Positions 27,647-50,495 of a stretch of 64,000 bases of DNA are shown piece by piece. The number at the start of each line of letters is the position of its first letter. Position 1 is the stretch's first letter. The position numbers were made by a program, and so were the translations under genes. The DNA is from Chrysomallon squamiferum (Eukaryota > Animalia > Mollusca), in assembly GCA_012295275.1 (NCBI GenBank), contig CM022672.1:5270001-5334000 (forward strand), written 5' to 3'. Under the pieces are notes generated by a model, which saw nothing but the letters and a program-made list of their open reading frames with translations, had not been told where the DNA came from and did not search any database.

Positions 27647-28843
27647 TAATTTCTGTATTATAAATTTATTAATATCAATAGTTTACTTTTTATTATTAGT
27701 TTAAAATTATTTTATTTTCCGATGGCCTTATTAAAATTAGTCATTATTATTATTAATATCACCATGCACTACTCATTTTAGATTAGCAGTAAAATATATT
27801 TTATTTGAACCTTCCCATGGATGTGTGTCATATCGTTTAAAAAACCAGTAGAGAAATTTATTGCTGTATCTATTTTTTTTATTTTTATGAATTTTAATAT
27901 ATAGATAAATAAATACAATTTTTTAGAATAAATTATATTTTAAAAATATATTCATTTTTCTATGACTTTAAATAAATGTTTTATATATATATATAAACAG
28001 ATTTTGATATATATTGATTTTAATATATAAATAAATGAAATTAATGTTAACACATGTATTCAAGCACCATCAGAATATTAATGTTTATTTTACATTTTAA
28101 CGTACGGTGATAGCTTCTTTCATCTAAAGGTTTCGAGCGATCTCGATTTCCAAATGTGTTTTTATGGAACGCAGCCAAACCGTGCGTAATAATCTGTGGT
28201 AGTAGTTTACACACACTCTTAAAACACGACATGGTCGTTTACCTGTAACTCTGAAGCATGCTTACTGATAATGCGTCTATGAGGGGTGGGTAAATGTTCT
28301 CGATGGCCACATAAATCGCATAAAAGACCCGAAAAGCACCGTCATGGGGCATCCCTCATCCCAGCAGAGACGAGGCATCTTAGCCGAAGAGCGGGTCCGC
28401 TTGATCCGTGCATTCCGTGGCGCTCCCTGGCGACTTCATCAAACGAGCTGGGATCGCAAATCAACATCTGCCTTTTCGACGATGGTTTTAAAAAAAAGAA
28501 GAGAAAGAAAGAGTGAATACAATAGACTGGCGCGGAAGACATCTTGCAGCGTTCAGCGCGAATGGTACAAGACTTTCTGTGCGAGTGTGCGCCACTCAGT
28601 CTGTTGTGGGAGCTTGTCGGACGGCGAATTTCGTTGTCGGTAGTCGGAGTAATGGAAAACAGCCCGGCGAGAAAACATCCGCGTCTCATACTTGGAACAC
28701 CGCACTGAACCTCGTCAGAGTGAGAAGAAAGAAGAGAAAGATTCATCAGTTCACGTTTTGAACAGCACTGAGCAATAAATTTATAATCTGCGTTGCTTAC
28801 CTGTTTTATTTGTGTCGGGATGTCTGTCTGTGTGTCTGACTAT

Positions 28844-28849
<6 letters not shown>

Positions 28850-28931
<82 letters not shown>
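28850..28931. repeat. (TC)n microsatellite followed by (TATC)n-like tract
   Basis: Seen directly. Confidence 0.95.
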
Positions 28932-28936
<5 letters not shown>

Positions 28937-28973
28937 CTGTCTCTCGCTTTCTCTCTTTCCCTGTCTATCTATA

Positions 28974-29008
<35 letters not shown>

Positions 29009-29962
29009 ATATCTTTATATCTGTATGTATGTATCACTCGGTTTCTATATGACTAACTATCTATCATCTATATCTCTGTCTGTCTGTTTTCGCCCTTCAT
29101 GCTTACCTATCTATCTGTCTGTCTACCTACCTACCTACCTATCTAGTATGTATCTAAATCTATATCTACCTTTCTCGCTATGTCTCTCTCTCTCTTTCTG
29201 TTCCTCACCAAGAACTTAAATTATTGTTTTCATAACATGTACGTCAATTATAAATATTCACAGAGAGAGAGAGAGATACAGACAGACAGACAGACAGACA
29301 GACAGAGAGGCAGACAGGTAGAGAGAAAGACATAAAGAGAACTGGAGGATGAAGAAGGATGTTAATGAGAAAAATAAATGTACTTTTTTTTGTTGTTGTT
29401 GTTTTTTGTTGTTGTTGTTGTTGTTGTTTGTTGTTGTTTTTGTTGTTTTTATGTTGTTGCTGTTTTGGGTGTTTTTGGCCACTCTATTCATTACTGTGTC
29501 CATTTATTATCATTATTATTATTATTTTATTATTTTATTTTTACACGTTGAAATAAAATCACGTATTAAGAGACCACCAAGTTGGAAAACACAACTTATC
29601 ACATACTTTGAACATCTCTTAGAACTCTCAAGTTATCATTCCACACCGCACGTCAAAGACAGATCCGCCATTGATCCAAAAGAAAACAATGCAGGCTGGA
29701 ATTCCAGGCTCCGTCAGAGACAAATGGAAGACGGAAAACGAGAATTAGCTAGTTGTTTTTCTTACTCTAAAAATTTGCCTTTCCTATATTTTGAAAATCT
29801 CGGTAAAGATGGAGTACATTTTGCAGGCGACGGATAACTGTGGGAACGGTGTAATGTAATTATGTAATTTCAGTTTTGTTGGTGATACAAGGATACACTC
29901 TCTGACACTGTGGTATTATATTCAGATATTCACGTGTTTACGTGTACTTAAATCCACACACA

Positions 29963-29999
<37 letters not shown>

Positions 30000-30334
30000 T
30001 AATGTGTTTCATTTGTTCTTAATTGGAAGGAGATTATGTTAGTAACTTTGAAATACGAATAAGGAAAAACTGAAGTGTGTTTCTTTGTGATATGTAGACA
30101 CTCATAAAAGATACTAATATACAAACAAAATAAATAAATAAGTAAGTAAGTAAATAAAGAAGTGAATAAATTAAAAAATAGCCATTTTATTTTCATACAG
30201 GTTATTTTTTAGCAGAATTTTTTGATGATTTATTTTTTGAATCTTTATAATAATAATAAATAAATAAATAAATAAATAAACAGACAAATAAACAAACAAA
30301 TAAATATATAAATAAATAAATAAATACCTTTAGT

Positions 30335-30822
30335 GCTAGTAGAAGCAGAAGAAATAGGTAGTAGCAGCAACAATATTAGGAATAGATGAAGATGCAGTGC
30401 TAGTAGTAATATAGTAAGAGTCATAGTAATAGTACTAGTATAGTTGTAGTAGAAGTAGTAGTAATAGTAGGAATAGCAGTAGTAGTAGGAGGAGGAACAG
30501 AAGTAGTAATAGTAGTTGTGGTGGTTGTGATGGTTGTGGTAATCGTAATAGTAATGGTTGTAGAAGCAATAGTACTATTAGTACTATTTCTGGTAAGAAT
30601 AGAAATATAATAAGTAATTGTAATAGTCGTAGTGCCAGTTATTGTATAGGAATAGTAAAAAATAATAATAGTCTTTAAGTAGCAGTAGCAGTAGTAGTAA
30701 TAGCAGTAGCAGTAGCAGTAGCAGTAGTGGTAGTAGTGGTAGTGGTAATAGTAATAGGATAGAAGAAGTAGTAATAACAGAAGTATAACGATATCAGTAA
30801 CAGCAGCATTAGTAGCAGTGGC
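30335..30822. repeat. Degenerate GTA/GCA/ATA-rich low-complexity tract
   Basis: Seen directly; boundaries approximate. Confidence 0.8.
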
Positions 30823-32848
30823 TTAATTTCCTATAATCTGTAGGAGGGGGGGATATTAAAATACTTTAAAATGTCGTTGTTTTCCAGTTGTCAGCCTTTG
30901 TTATAAAATTTATAGAATTTAATAAACAATAAATAACCAAATAAAAAATTAAATATGTAAACAATAACAACAGAAAAAAAAAAAAAAAAAAAAAAAAAAA
31001 GAAAAAATTTTTTTTGAGGAAAATTAAACCAGTGGATTTATTCGAGTTTTGCTGACGTAAAAATTAACCAGAGAAGTCGGCGACGGGTTTTAAACGAGAA
31101 CAGAGCCTGGATCCGCACCGTGTTTGTTCATTAGCCTAATCTATATGAATATTTGTAATGTTGTTTTCACAATTCCGTTATGACCCTTGGCCTAAAGCGT
31201 CCGACAAAGACGCATGAAATGCAATAATGTCGAGGATGGTTTGGCAAATTGCTGCTGTTACTCGCCATCTATCCCCTGACGCCGAACCTTTTGCGTTTAC
31301 GTCCGACAGCTACCGGCATAGTGACCCGAAGCGCCCCCTGGGTGCACAAGCGCGCGAGACTGTCCCAGCGGTAGCAGATGCATCGAAACGCGTGTAAGCG
31401 CCGCCATCTTGGGTATTCGCGAAGACCGTAATTCTGCTGAACGAAGCACATCATTACAGTTATTAAATTTGATGAGTTTAAATAATTTACAGTTGTAAAT
31501 GTAGTCTGGGATGAATGTTTATTCCTGTTGGTATTCCAAAATGGAAACAAAAAAAAAAAAGAAGAAATTTTAAAAAATGTAAATATTAGTGTTGTTGGGT
31601 TGTTGTTTTTTTTACGTATTTTTTTTGTCTGTTCGGGTGTGAAAAGAGTAAATTAAGGTGAAAAGTTTCTTCGTTTTGTTTTCTGTTGGTTTTATTTGTT
31701 GTTTAGTTGAATTTTCGCGTGAATTGTTTCTTTAGAAGTTCTTTTCATATGGGTTAAAGACTTGAAGAGGGTGTATTTTTGTGTTTTTTTGTGGGGAGGG
31801 GGTTCATATTAAAAAATGTCAATGATCCAGTATTTAAAGACCTATTTACAACGAAGACAAGATTTTAATTTTTTTTAATTATTATTATTTTTTTTTTTCA
31901 AATGGTTCATATCAATTTTTCATTTGATCAGATTTTTGTGTGAACATTCATTCATTCATTCATTATTTATTATTTATTTATCATTATTATTGTTGTTGCT
32001 GTTGTTGTTAAGGTTATTGTTATTACGCTAGTTGTTATATTTCTTATTTTTATTGTTATATCTGCTGTTACTTATTATTACTGTTGTTGTAGTTGTTGTT
32101 TCTAGTGATATCACTGATGTTTCTGATGATAATGACGATGACGATGTTATATACAGTGTTGGTTATGTTGCCACAGCAGTAGCAGTACGGACGTCATACT
32201 CGACATCACGTAAACAGCAGACTTTGATAGCAAATTATTATATTATATTCATTAAATTAATCTATTTAACTTTTTAAATCACGACATTTAAAACACGCCT
32301 CATTTAAATAAACACTGACTAATAACCTGCATCGAATATTTATTTTATTTCAAAAGCTTTTATTTTTTTTTGATACATCGCTCAAACGGGCTTCTGAAAT
32401 CAATCTCTCATGTTATTGTACAGACGTTTTTTTTTTTTGTTCCTGTATCTGACTGTTTTTGATGTGACATAAAACAAATTATAAACGTTACGTCTGAGAA
32501 GCTATCAGATGTCCCCTTTCAACGCCTACCCATCTGTGACTGGGTTAGTCAACCAGCTACGCCTGCTGTGAAACCCCGTCTCCCTCAAGACACCCCTCCT
32601 GCGAAAATTAGCTGTATGTCCCTTGTACGCGTAAACATTATGTATGATGTCATCACTCTAGAAAAATCTTGTTACCTAATGTTTATATTCTCGGTATCCT
32701 ATTAATTTTTTTTTTTTTAAATATGTTAGTTCTTTTTTTTTTCTTTTTTTTAAGTTTTATTGTTGTTGTTGTTTCTGTTGTGTTTTAACTCGCACGGTAT
32801 GATAGCCTTTTAATAAAATTACATCTTGTGGGAATTTTTTTTGGATTT

Positions 32849-32879
<31 letters not shown>

Positions 32880-33191
32880 TTTTATTTTATTTTATTATTT
32901 ATTTATTTATTTTATTTAATTTTATTTTATTTTATTTATTATTTATTTATTTATTTTATTTTATTTTATTTTATGTTATTATTTTTTATATTTTTGCTTT
33001 ACATATATATTGGTGAAATAAAACAGTTGTACGTATTTCCAGAAAGAAGGACGGAGCAGAGACAAACAGACAGTCGGAAAAAGAAATACGCATAGACAGA
33101 CAGAAATCAGACATACGCACATACACATTACTTAACTAGACAAATAGCCCAAGACAAAGTTGTATGTTACAGATCACAGTTAATCTTCTTA

Positions 33192-33243
<52 letters not shown>

Positions 33244-33762
33244 TTCTCATTGCTGTAGAGGTTTGAAAATGAGCTATATTTTAGAAAAGAATGATTTTAA
33301 ATAATTGTAGACGACGCCGACTACGACGTTTGAAGACGATCGTGACAGCAGCAGTGACACCACAAACATCAACAACCTTTCAGTCATTTTTGTATTTTAT
33401 TCAGATAGCTGATGTTGATTTTGATAATGTTAATGATACTGATGAATCTAACAATGATGAAATAAAGGTATGGCTTTGCATATTGGATTAAATTCGTTAT
33501 TTATGTGTTAGTGTTTGTGTGATTGTCCAATTTAATATTTTATTTTCGTGTGAAGGTGCATGCTCATGTTTATCTGTATTTATATTATATATTTTAAATG
33601 TAAGGATTTACGTTATTAATTTGTTTATTTATTTTTGTTGTTTGATTATCATCCTTCGTTTTGTTCATTCCTTTTTATAAATTTTATAAAGGATCTATAT
33701 ATATATATATATTCACACATACATATATAAATTCTTTATAAAATATATATATGTGTTCGTAG

Positions 33763-33764
<2 letters not shown>

Positions 33765-33819
<55 letters not shown>
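33765..33819. repeat. (GT)n microsatellite
   Basis: Seen directly. Confidence 0.95.
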
Positions 33820-33820
<1 letters not shown>

Positions 33821-35827
33821 TTACTGCATATTTTTTCTATTTTTACTCTGGCTAGACGGTATGGATAATAACAACATATAAACTATTCAATTAATTTTAT
33901 ATTAAACACACATCAACACCACAATTAAGAACCACGCTACATCTACAGTATTTTTCACCAGCTCCATTTCTTCAACACGCTTTTTAGGGCTATTATTTTC
34001 TGCATCATTTAAATAACGTTATTACTTCTTTAAAACCATAATCCCGCAGTTAAAAATTATTTACGATGTTCATTTAACCTGTTAATCCGCTTTTAATCCT
34101 TAGTAAAACATTTACAGTGATAAACAAACAGGATTTAGGATGTCAGAAAGTGTGGGTTACTAACTTAATCTTCCACTAATTGACACAATGGAGATAATTA
34201 ATTACAGGATTAATTAAGTTTAGTTAACAGATCAAAACGTGATTGTTTTGTTTTATTGCGATAGGTCTCATTGTCTTGGAGCATTCAGAAAATAAAAAAT
34301 ATATAAAAAGTTATAAATTATGTAGTTTATAATAACTACTAAATAATTAAAAATAAAAATGTATATTTGCTACTGCAACCGTTAGTAAATATTATTACTG
34401 TTGTTGTGTGCTTTATATGTATGTATCAATATGTGTATATATATGTTATATAAGTACATACATGTGTATGCATGTTTTATATTTACGTACGTATGTATGT
34501 ATCTATGGATGAAGGCATTATTTATGTATATAAGTACTGTGCATGTATGTATTTATATATATAAAATTAAAATTCCCGTTTCACTTTTCAGTTATATTTT
34601 TCTAAAAACACTTTCTGTGTTTACACTGTTCGGGATTACCGACACGACGACGTCAACCGCTAGACATACACCAACGTCAATTAGTCTGTTGACACGTGGG
34701 CACTGTGTACACGTGTTCGCCACCCTCACAGCGGCTCAGTCAACAACTTGATCACAGTTGTAAACGATACGACAACATCATTAATCCCACCGCGTGTCTG
34801 AGGCAAGACAATATTGATACCGCTCTCAAAGCCTTCTGTGTGAAGCTTATAAGAAAACGAAGAAATATTTTCTTGTCACGAAATTGTCAGAGGTGTTGTT
34901 TTTTGTTGTTGTTTTTTTTATTTATTTGTTTTACGAACCAGTCAGATAATTGTCAACACTCGTAAAACAATAAAATTTACTTCGTTATTTGTTTTATGTT
35001 AGTCTAATAAAGTAAAAATTTACTCGTAAATTAATTATATCCCGTGTTATTGCCTTCAGTAAAATAGAAGTTCGAATCTGCAGAATTTTATGTTTATTTA
35101 GTCTGTTGATCTATTTGTAAGGTTATGTCAGTATAAATAATAATAATCTGAACAAAATATTGTGTAGGTATATTAATTTACATAAATGCAGAAATAAGAA
35201 AAAGGATATATGACAGTTAAATATATTTTGAATTCAAAATAAATTTATAAAATTATATGTGTTTAAATTATCATTAAAAATATACTATAAAATAGAATTG
35301 AACAATAAAATAATTTTAAAATAACGAAAAGATATTTCAAAATTTTCACTATAATAATGCTATATTTAAATCGTTAATATTAATATTATTATTATTTGTA
35401 ACCGACAATTTAATTTTACTAAAGTCTGGAAATGGTTGTATTTATTTATTTGTTTATTTCGTTTATTTGTTTGTATGTTTGTTTTGTTTTGTTTTGTTTC
35501 TTTGTTTTTTTATCTTTTTTAATTTACATTTTAAGACTAAGGTATATTCAAAAATGTTTAAACATATTTTTCATTCATGCTAAAAACTTTTCTATTTTTA
35601 TTTTTATTGTTATTGCAGTTATTATTATGATTATTATTATTATCATCATCATCATTATCGTCGGCGTCGTCGTCATTATTGTTGCTGTTGTTGTTGTTGT
35701 TGTTTTCCCCTATAAATCATGAATAATGATTATGATAATGATACGGGTTTTACAGAAGATTAATAAAAACACAACGTTAAGAAAACAACAAAATTAACTG
35801 AGATTCAACAAAAAATTGTGTAAACAA

Positions 35828-35879
<52 letters not shown>

Positions 35880-36103
35880 TAATTTAATTTTCAGAATAAA
35901 TATTAGTCTTTTAAAAATGTAAAAATACATTACTAATCTTTATTTCTATGTATTTATTTAATATCTGTTATCATCATCATCATTATAATCATCATCATCA
36001 TTATTTCTATGTTATTTATTCATTTAATATATATTATTTAGATTACGATGTGGGGTTTACAGTGATGTGTGTTTGTATTAATCTAAATGAATGTGTCAGA
36101 GAC

Positions 36104-36113
<10 letters not shown>

Positions 36114-36199
<86 letters not shown>
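36114..36199. repeat. (GA)n microsatellite
   Basis: Seen directly. Confidence 0.95.
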
Positions 36200-36202
<3 letters not shown>

Positions 36203-38122
36203 TGATCCAAATGTCTGTTTAAAAAATGTGTAAGATTAATGTTATCGGGTATTTTTGTGTTGTGTGTGCGTCCGTGTGTAGATTGTGTTAGTTTTTGTGT
36301 TTGTGTATAAATGTGTGAGAACATTGTGTTAGTTTTTGTGTTTGTGTATAAATGTTTAATGTATCAGTGAGACTAAGTAAACTTGATGCTAGACTATTTA
36401 AATATGAAGGAGGATGAGATATGTCTGCATGTAAGAATGTGAGTATCGCTTCCTGTCTCCTTTTATATTTTTCAATAACAACAACAAATCTTTATTCTAA
36501 TTTATTTATTTTTTTATTTTTTTTATTTTATTTTATTTTATGTTATTTATTTATTTAGATAGTTAGTTTATTATTATTATTATTATTATTATTATTTATT
36601 TTCTTTTTTTTGTTATTACTGTTATTATTATTATTATTTTCATCATCTCTTTATTTATAATTTAATTCAAATTATAATAACAATAAAAAAAAGAAATAAA
36701 TAATTAAAAAAAAGAAATATTGATAACTAAATCAAACAAAATATTTATTTTTATTTTCCTCACCATTTACACTTTTATTTCTATTATAATTACGCTTTTT
36801 TCTTCTTTCGTTTCTTTTTGTGATAATAATAAAAATAAAATAAAATTTATAAAAAAAATAAAAATGAACACTTCTATCATAATTGCTTAAAAAAGAAATA
36901 AAATAAATAACCTTTGCTCCAGAATGTCGTCAGAGTTTTGTGGTTCTGTTAATATTCCATTTACAATTCTTGCATCTCAAATGTCAGTCCCTCGCTGTTT
37001 CAGATTTACTGCTTTCTAATATCCGGAGAAAACACACATTGCGCAAATTAATTCTCACGTTTATGGAAATACTTTAGTTTATTATTATTACTGTTGTTTT
37101 ATTTGGATAATTTGTTTGTTATTGCTGCTGCTGCTGCTGTTGTTGTTACTGTTGTTGTTGTTGTTGTTGTTGTTGTTAATGTGTTTTTTATTACGGTTGT
37201 TGTTGTTATTGTTGTTGTTATAATTGTTATTAATTTATTATTTTGGTTGTTGTTATGTTTTTATGGTGGTTGTGGTGATGTTATAAATTTGCATTGTAAA
37301 TGAAGTTAATACTAATGCTGTTTTGAAAACTTAAAACGAAAAAAGATTAAAAATGTATTACTATTTTTTTTAATCATCACCACTACCATGATTATCGTTA
37401 TAAACTATGTTGGAAATTACCTTATATTACTAATATACTTTTAACATGCTTCTTGAAAAATGATGTAACAAAACAGAAACAGTGATGGTAGTAGTAGTAG
37501 TAGTAGTAGTAGTAATATAGTAGTGTAGTAATAATCAGATTAATAATGAGTGTAATGATGATGATTATGACGATGATAACAACTACGACATCAACAACAA
37601 TAAATGATGATGAAAATGGTGACGATGACGATGACGATAACAATATCAATTATAATAACAACAACAACAACAACAATAATTATAACAACCGTTACAACAA
37701 CGTTAGTGATAATAATAATGTTAGAAATATCAAACAACAGATTAGTAGAAACAACATAAATAATAAATTTAAAAAGAAAAAGAACAGAACATAAAAAATT
37801 TCAAAACTTTCTAAATGACCCTCAGCGATTCTCTCTGCGTGTGTCGACACGGCGGTGAACACAACGAGCGAACAAAGCCGGGCCGATACGGAACAATTAG
37901 ATTTGCTGGCTAAAAATTCATCAACACAAGTTTAGAGCCCATCGAGAACTTGTAATAGTTGTTGTTTGGGGCAATAAATAACAAGCGGCGCGCGCGTCTG
38001 ACACTTTACAATGGGACCCGACAATCGACGCTCGGCTATTTGCAAACAGAGGTGTAAAACGGACGACAAAGGCTTCGTGCACATACCATCTGCCTCGACG
38101 GGGACGGGGGTGGGGGGGAGAG

Positions 38123-38178
<56 letters not shown>

Positions 38179-38624
38179 AGCTCTGAATCCGCAGTCGAAG
38201 ATCTTTTGTGCTGTTTGGTTTCGTTGGCGAGCAAACATTCGGGACAGTCGTTAACACGATCTTCGTTTGCTCTGAAGAAAATTAATTCCCTAGTCCTGGT
38301 CAGAGATACTGCACTTTGAATGTGTAAAATATTGGCAATGTAAATACGAGGCATATGCTCGAAGGGATGGAATTCGTGATGACGGGAATTTCGTTAAGGA
38401 GTTTTTAAGTTTTCTGTTCTCGTGGTCTGTCGTGTGTCGATTTATTCAGTGTTCTTGCTAATTATATCTGCCCCTGATAGGCTATGGTTTTTATTTTTAA
38501 AAAAAGAGATTAGTTAACAGTAAATAGTAAAACATTTAATACTCTTAATGTCTTTTGCTTTTATGAAGAAAATAAAAAATAAAAAAATACTCTATATTTT
38601 CTAAACATAATAAATATCTCCATC

Positions 38625-38665
<41 letters not shown>

Positions 38666-39059
38666 TTATTTTATACATTTCCATAAGGATTACCTATTAG
38701 TTTGAAACCGTAATCAGATTCTGTTATTTTCAGTTTTCAGAGAGAAAAACTCGTTTTGATTCCGGCGCTAAGATCGCGTAGCGCAGCTAGCGCTATGGCA
38801 GCAGTTGAAGACTTGTCAGTTTCCACCGACCACGTGGTCGCCGACTGAACGTAAACAAACCGCCGATGTAGGTCTTCGCCGCTCTTTGTTGGCGCTGGCG
38901 GGGCGAATCGCGGCTTCAGTGAGCGTTGGTGGCGTCAAATAGCGATAGGATACAGCGAGCTTTCGTATATTTCGCTTTCAATTACAGCCTCTTGTTTATA
39001 CCGTAACGTTCGGGAAAGGGAAAAACCAGCACGGCTACTACGAAATTAACTATGACCTT

Positions 39060-39330
39060 AGGTGTTATCTGATTGGCCCAAAACTCCGGCGTGTCCCCTC
39101 CCACAAGGCTTAGGGGCGGTAATTCCCTTCTCATCATGGAATCGCCTCACGCGATTGGTTAATCGGCCCCGTCGCTTGCCACTGTTACGTCCCGCGGGAT
39201 TTGCCGATTCTCACGGGATGGCAATGTTACAAGGAGCTGAAGAAAGCAACAAAAGGCGTCCTCGGGAGAGTTTTAGCCAGAATTGGTGTGGCACTCGAAG
39301 GACACTAGCGTACTAGGTGGTCAATGCAAG
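39060..39330 (+). promoter_or_regulatory. Putative COE proximal promoter
   Basis: GC/CpG-rich island 400-660 bp upstream of the ATG. It has inverted CCAAT boxes (CTGATTGGCC about 39069-39078, CGATTGGTT about 39152-39160), a GC box AGGGGCGG about 39112-39119, and a COE palindrome at 39190-39199. The TSS is not determined. Confidence 0.6.
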
Positions 39331-39721
39331 TGAGAGACTGAAGAGGATAGTGTACGTGCTTTGCAAAGGCAATAGATACATTTTCTCTGAGGAGCCGATT
39401 ATTGTGAATTACATTTTATCTGTGCGGGCATATTTTTTATTTATTTTTTTTATTCCTCACTGATTTTTCTCTTACATTCAGTGTGCGTGTCGTTTATTTT
39501 AAAAATCATCGGATAAAATTTTGGGAAGAAGAAAATATATATATATATATACATACATATATATATAATAGTATATACAACCATCATTGTTTAAAAAAAA
39601 AAAAAAAAAAAAATTAAGAAATACGTATCTATATTTTTTAAAATCAAAAATTAAAAATATTGTGAGCTATTTTTCGGACGAGGAAGATTAAGGTACGAAT
39701 GACATTCGGAGGAGATCGTTC

Positions 39722-48830
<9,109 letters not shown>

Positions 48831-50448
48831 TAGGTTTCTCTTTCATATATCATTCTTAGCTTTACCATTTGTCATTTCAGTCACGTGATATGACGTAGTA
48901 CCATATCATATATGATTTCAGCCAGACACATCGAACATTATTGTATTTAATTTCAGGTAGACAGCATATCCTATCAACCATATCATATATCACTGATACC
49001 ATATGATAATACATTGTTTTAAACCACATGATAAACCGTTCCAGCTTCATGATATATCATCTCAACCATGATATATCATCCCATAAACTTATATATCTCA
49101 ACCACGTGATGCATCATCTTATGATATTTTTTTTTCATCTATACATTAGATCATCTCATGCAGCTGATATATTGTATATATCATCTCAAATACACCAGTC
49201 GATATTTTAAGTTTACTGTTATTAATGTTTACAGTTCTTGTTTTGTTATTGTTGTTTGGAAATGAATCAGACTGAACTGCAAATGAAAAAGCTCGTAGAA
49301 TCTATTCTATCGTATTCATGTACGCATTCAGGATTACAAGATTTATTTATATTTATTGTTACTGTCAAGTACATACTGACATATATACATGTATACGATC
49401 AGACATACATACATGCGCAGACACACACACATACATACATATATACATTCATACATATATAAATTGTAATTTTTTTATAAATTCCCATATTATATAATAT
49501 CAGATTTTTATATATTTTTTTATAGATTAAACAAAATCTAATTCGTATGATGGCAATATATCAATAAACCTTTATTTTTTAAACTAATATTTTGACAAAC
49601 AATATTTAAAAAAAAAAAAAAAAAACCGAAACAAAAACCCCACACATACACACAATAAGAAAAAAACACAAGAAATGCATCAGCATTTTTTATCTAAATA
49701 CCTCAAAGAAAATTCTGCAGTGTAATTCTGCTTCAAGCTGAGAGACAGGCAGAAAAGAATGTTTTTTTTTTTTTTTTTTTTTTTGCAGAAATAGATCGTA
49801 ATTACTTCTGATAATACATGTTTCATTTAGAACGAAAAGCTGAAAGATTCGAAACACAATAAGTGTATAATCTCTGTTGTTTCCTTGTTTAATGGCTGTG
49901 TAGGCCGCAAAGGAAGGCTTTAATAATTCATCCTTTGTTTATCGATTTCAGTGTGAATGCGTATTTTACAGTCGTTTAAACGGGTTATCAGACTCAAGTC
50001 ATTCTTTTTTTTTTAATTGAAAATGATAAATAAAATGAAATAAAAATTATAATAAAAATAAAAAAATAAATATAAAAATAAAAATTTAAATATAAATATA
50101 AATATAAATATAATGTAAATGTAAATGTAAATAAAATAAAATAAAATAAAATAAAATAAACAAACAAATGAAATAAATAAACAAATATATAAATAAATAA
50201 AGAGATTAATACAAAAACTGTGTCTATTTATATTCTTCTTCGTCCTTTTTTCCTGATTATGTGAAACATTTTGAATGATTTTATACGGATTAATTTTGAC
50301 AATATTAAATATTGTATATATATATATATATATATATGGATTATAGTGCGTTAATAATATACCAAAATAATTTATTGATCTTCAGTAATAATTAGCACGT
50401 CCCTACTTTTCATATTGTTACTTCTTTTTCTTCTTCTTCTTCTTCTTC

Positions 50449-50495
<47 letters not shown>

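Noticed and set aside
26085-28761. Longer complex ORFs (26098-26631, 28286-28761 cluster)
   Set aside because: No recognisable domain, non-ATG starts, overlapping frames on both strands, and poly-A-derived lysine runs. Expected in GC-richer islands.
33520-33542. TGATTGTCCAA match to the miR-219 5' end
   Set aside because: Diverges after 11 nt and forms no hairpin.
36282-36355. Short tandem duplications (33 bp here; 26 bp at about 46615-46685)
   Set aside because: Ordinary slippage duplications in AT-rich DNA.
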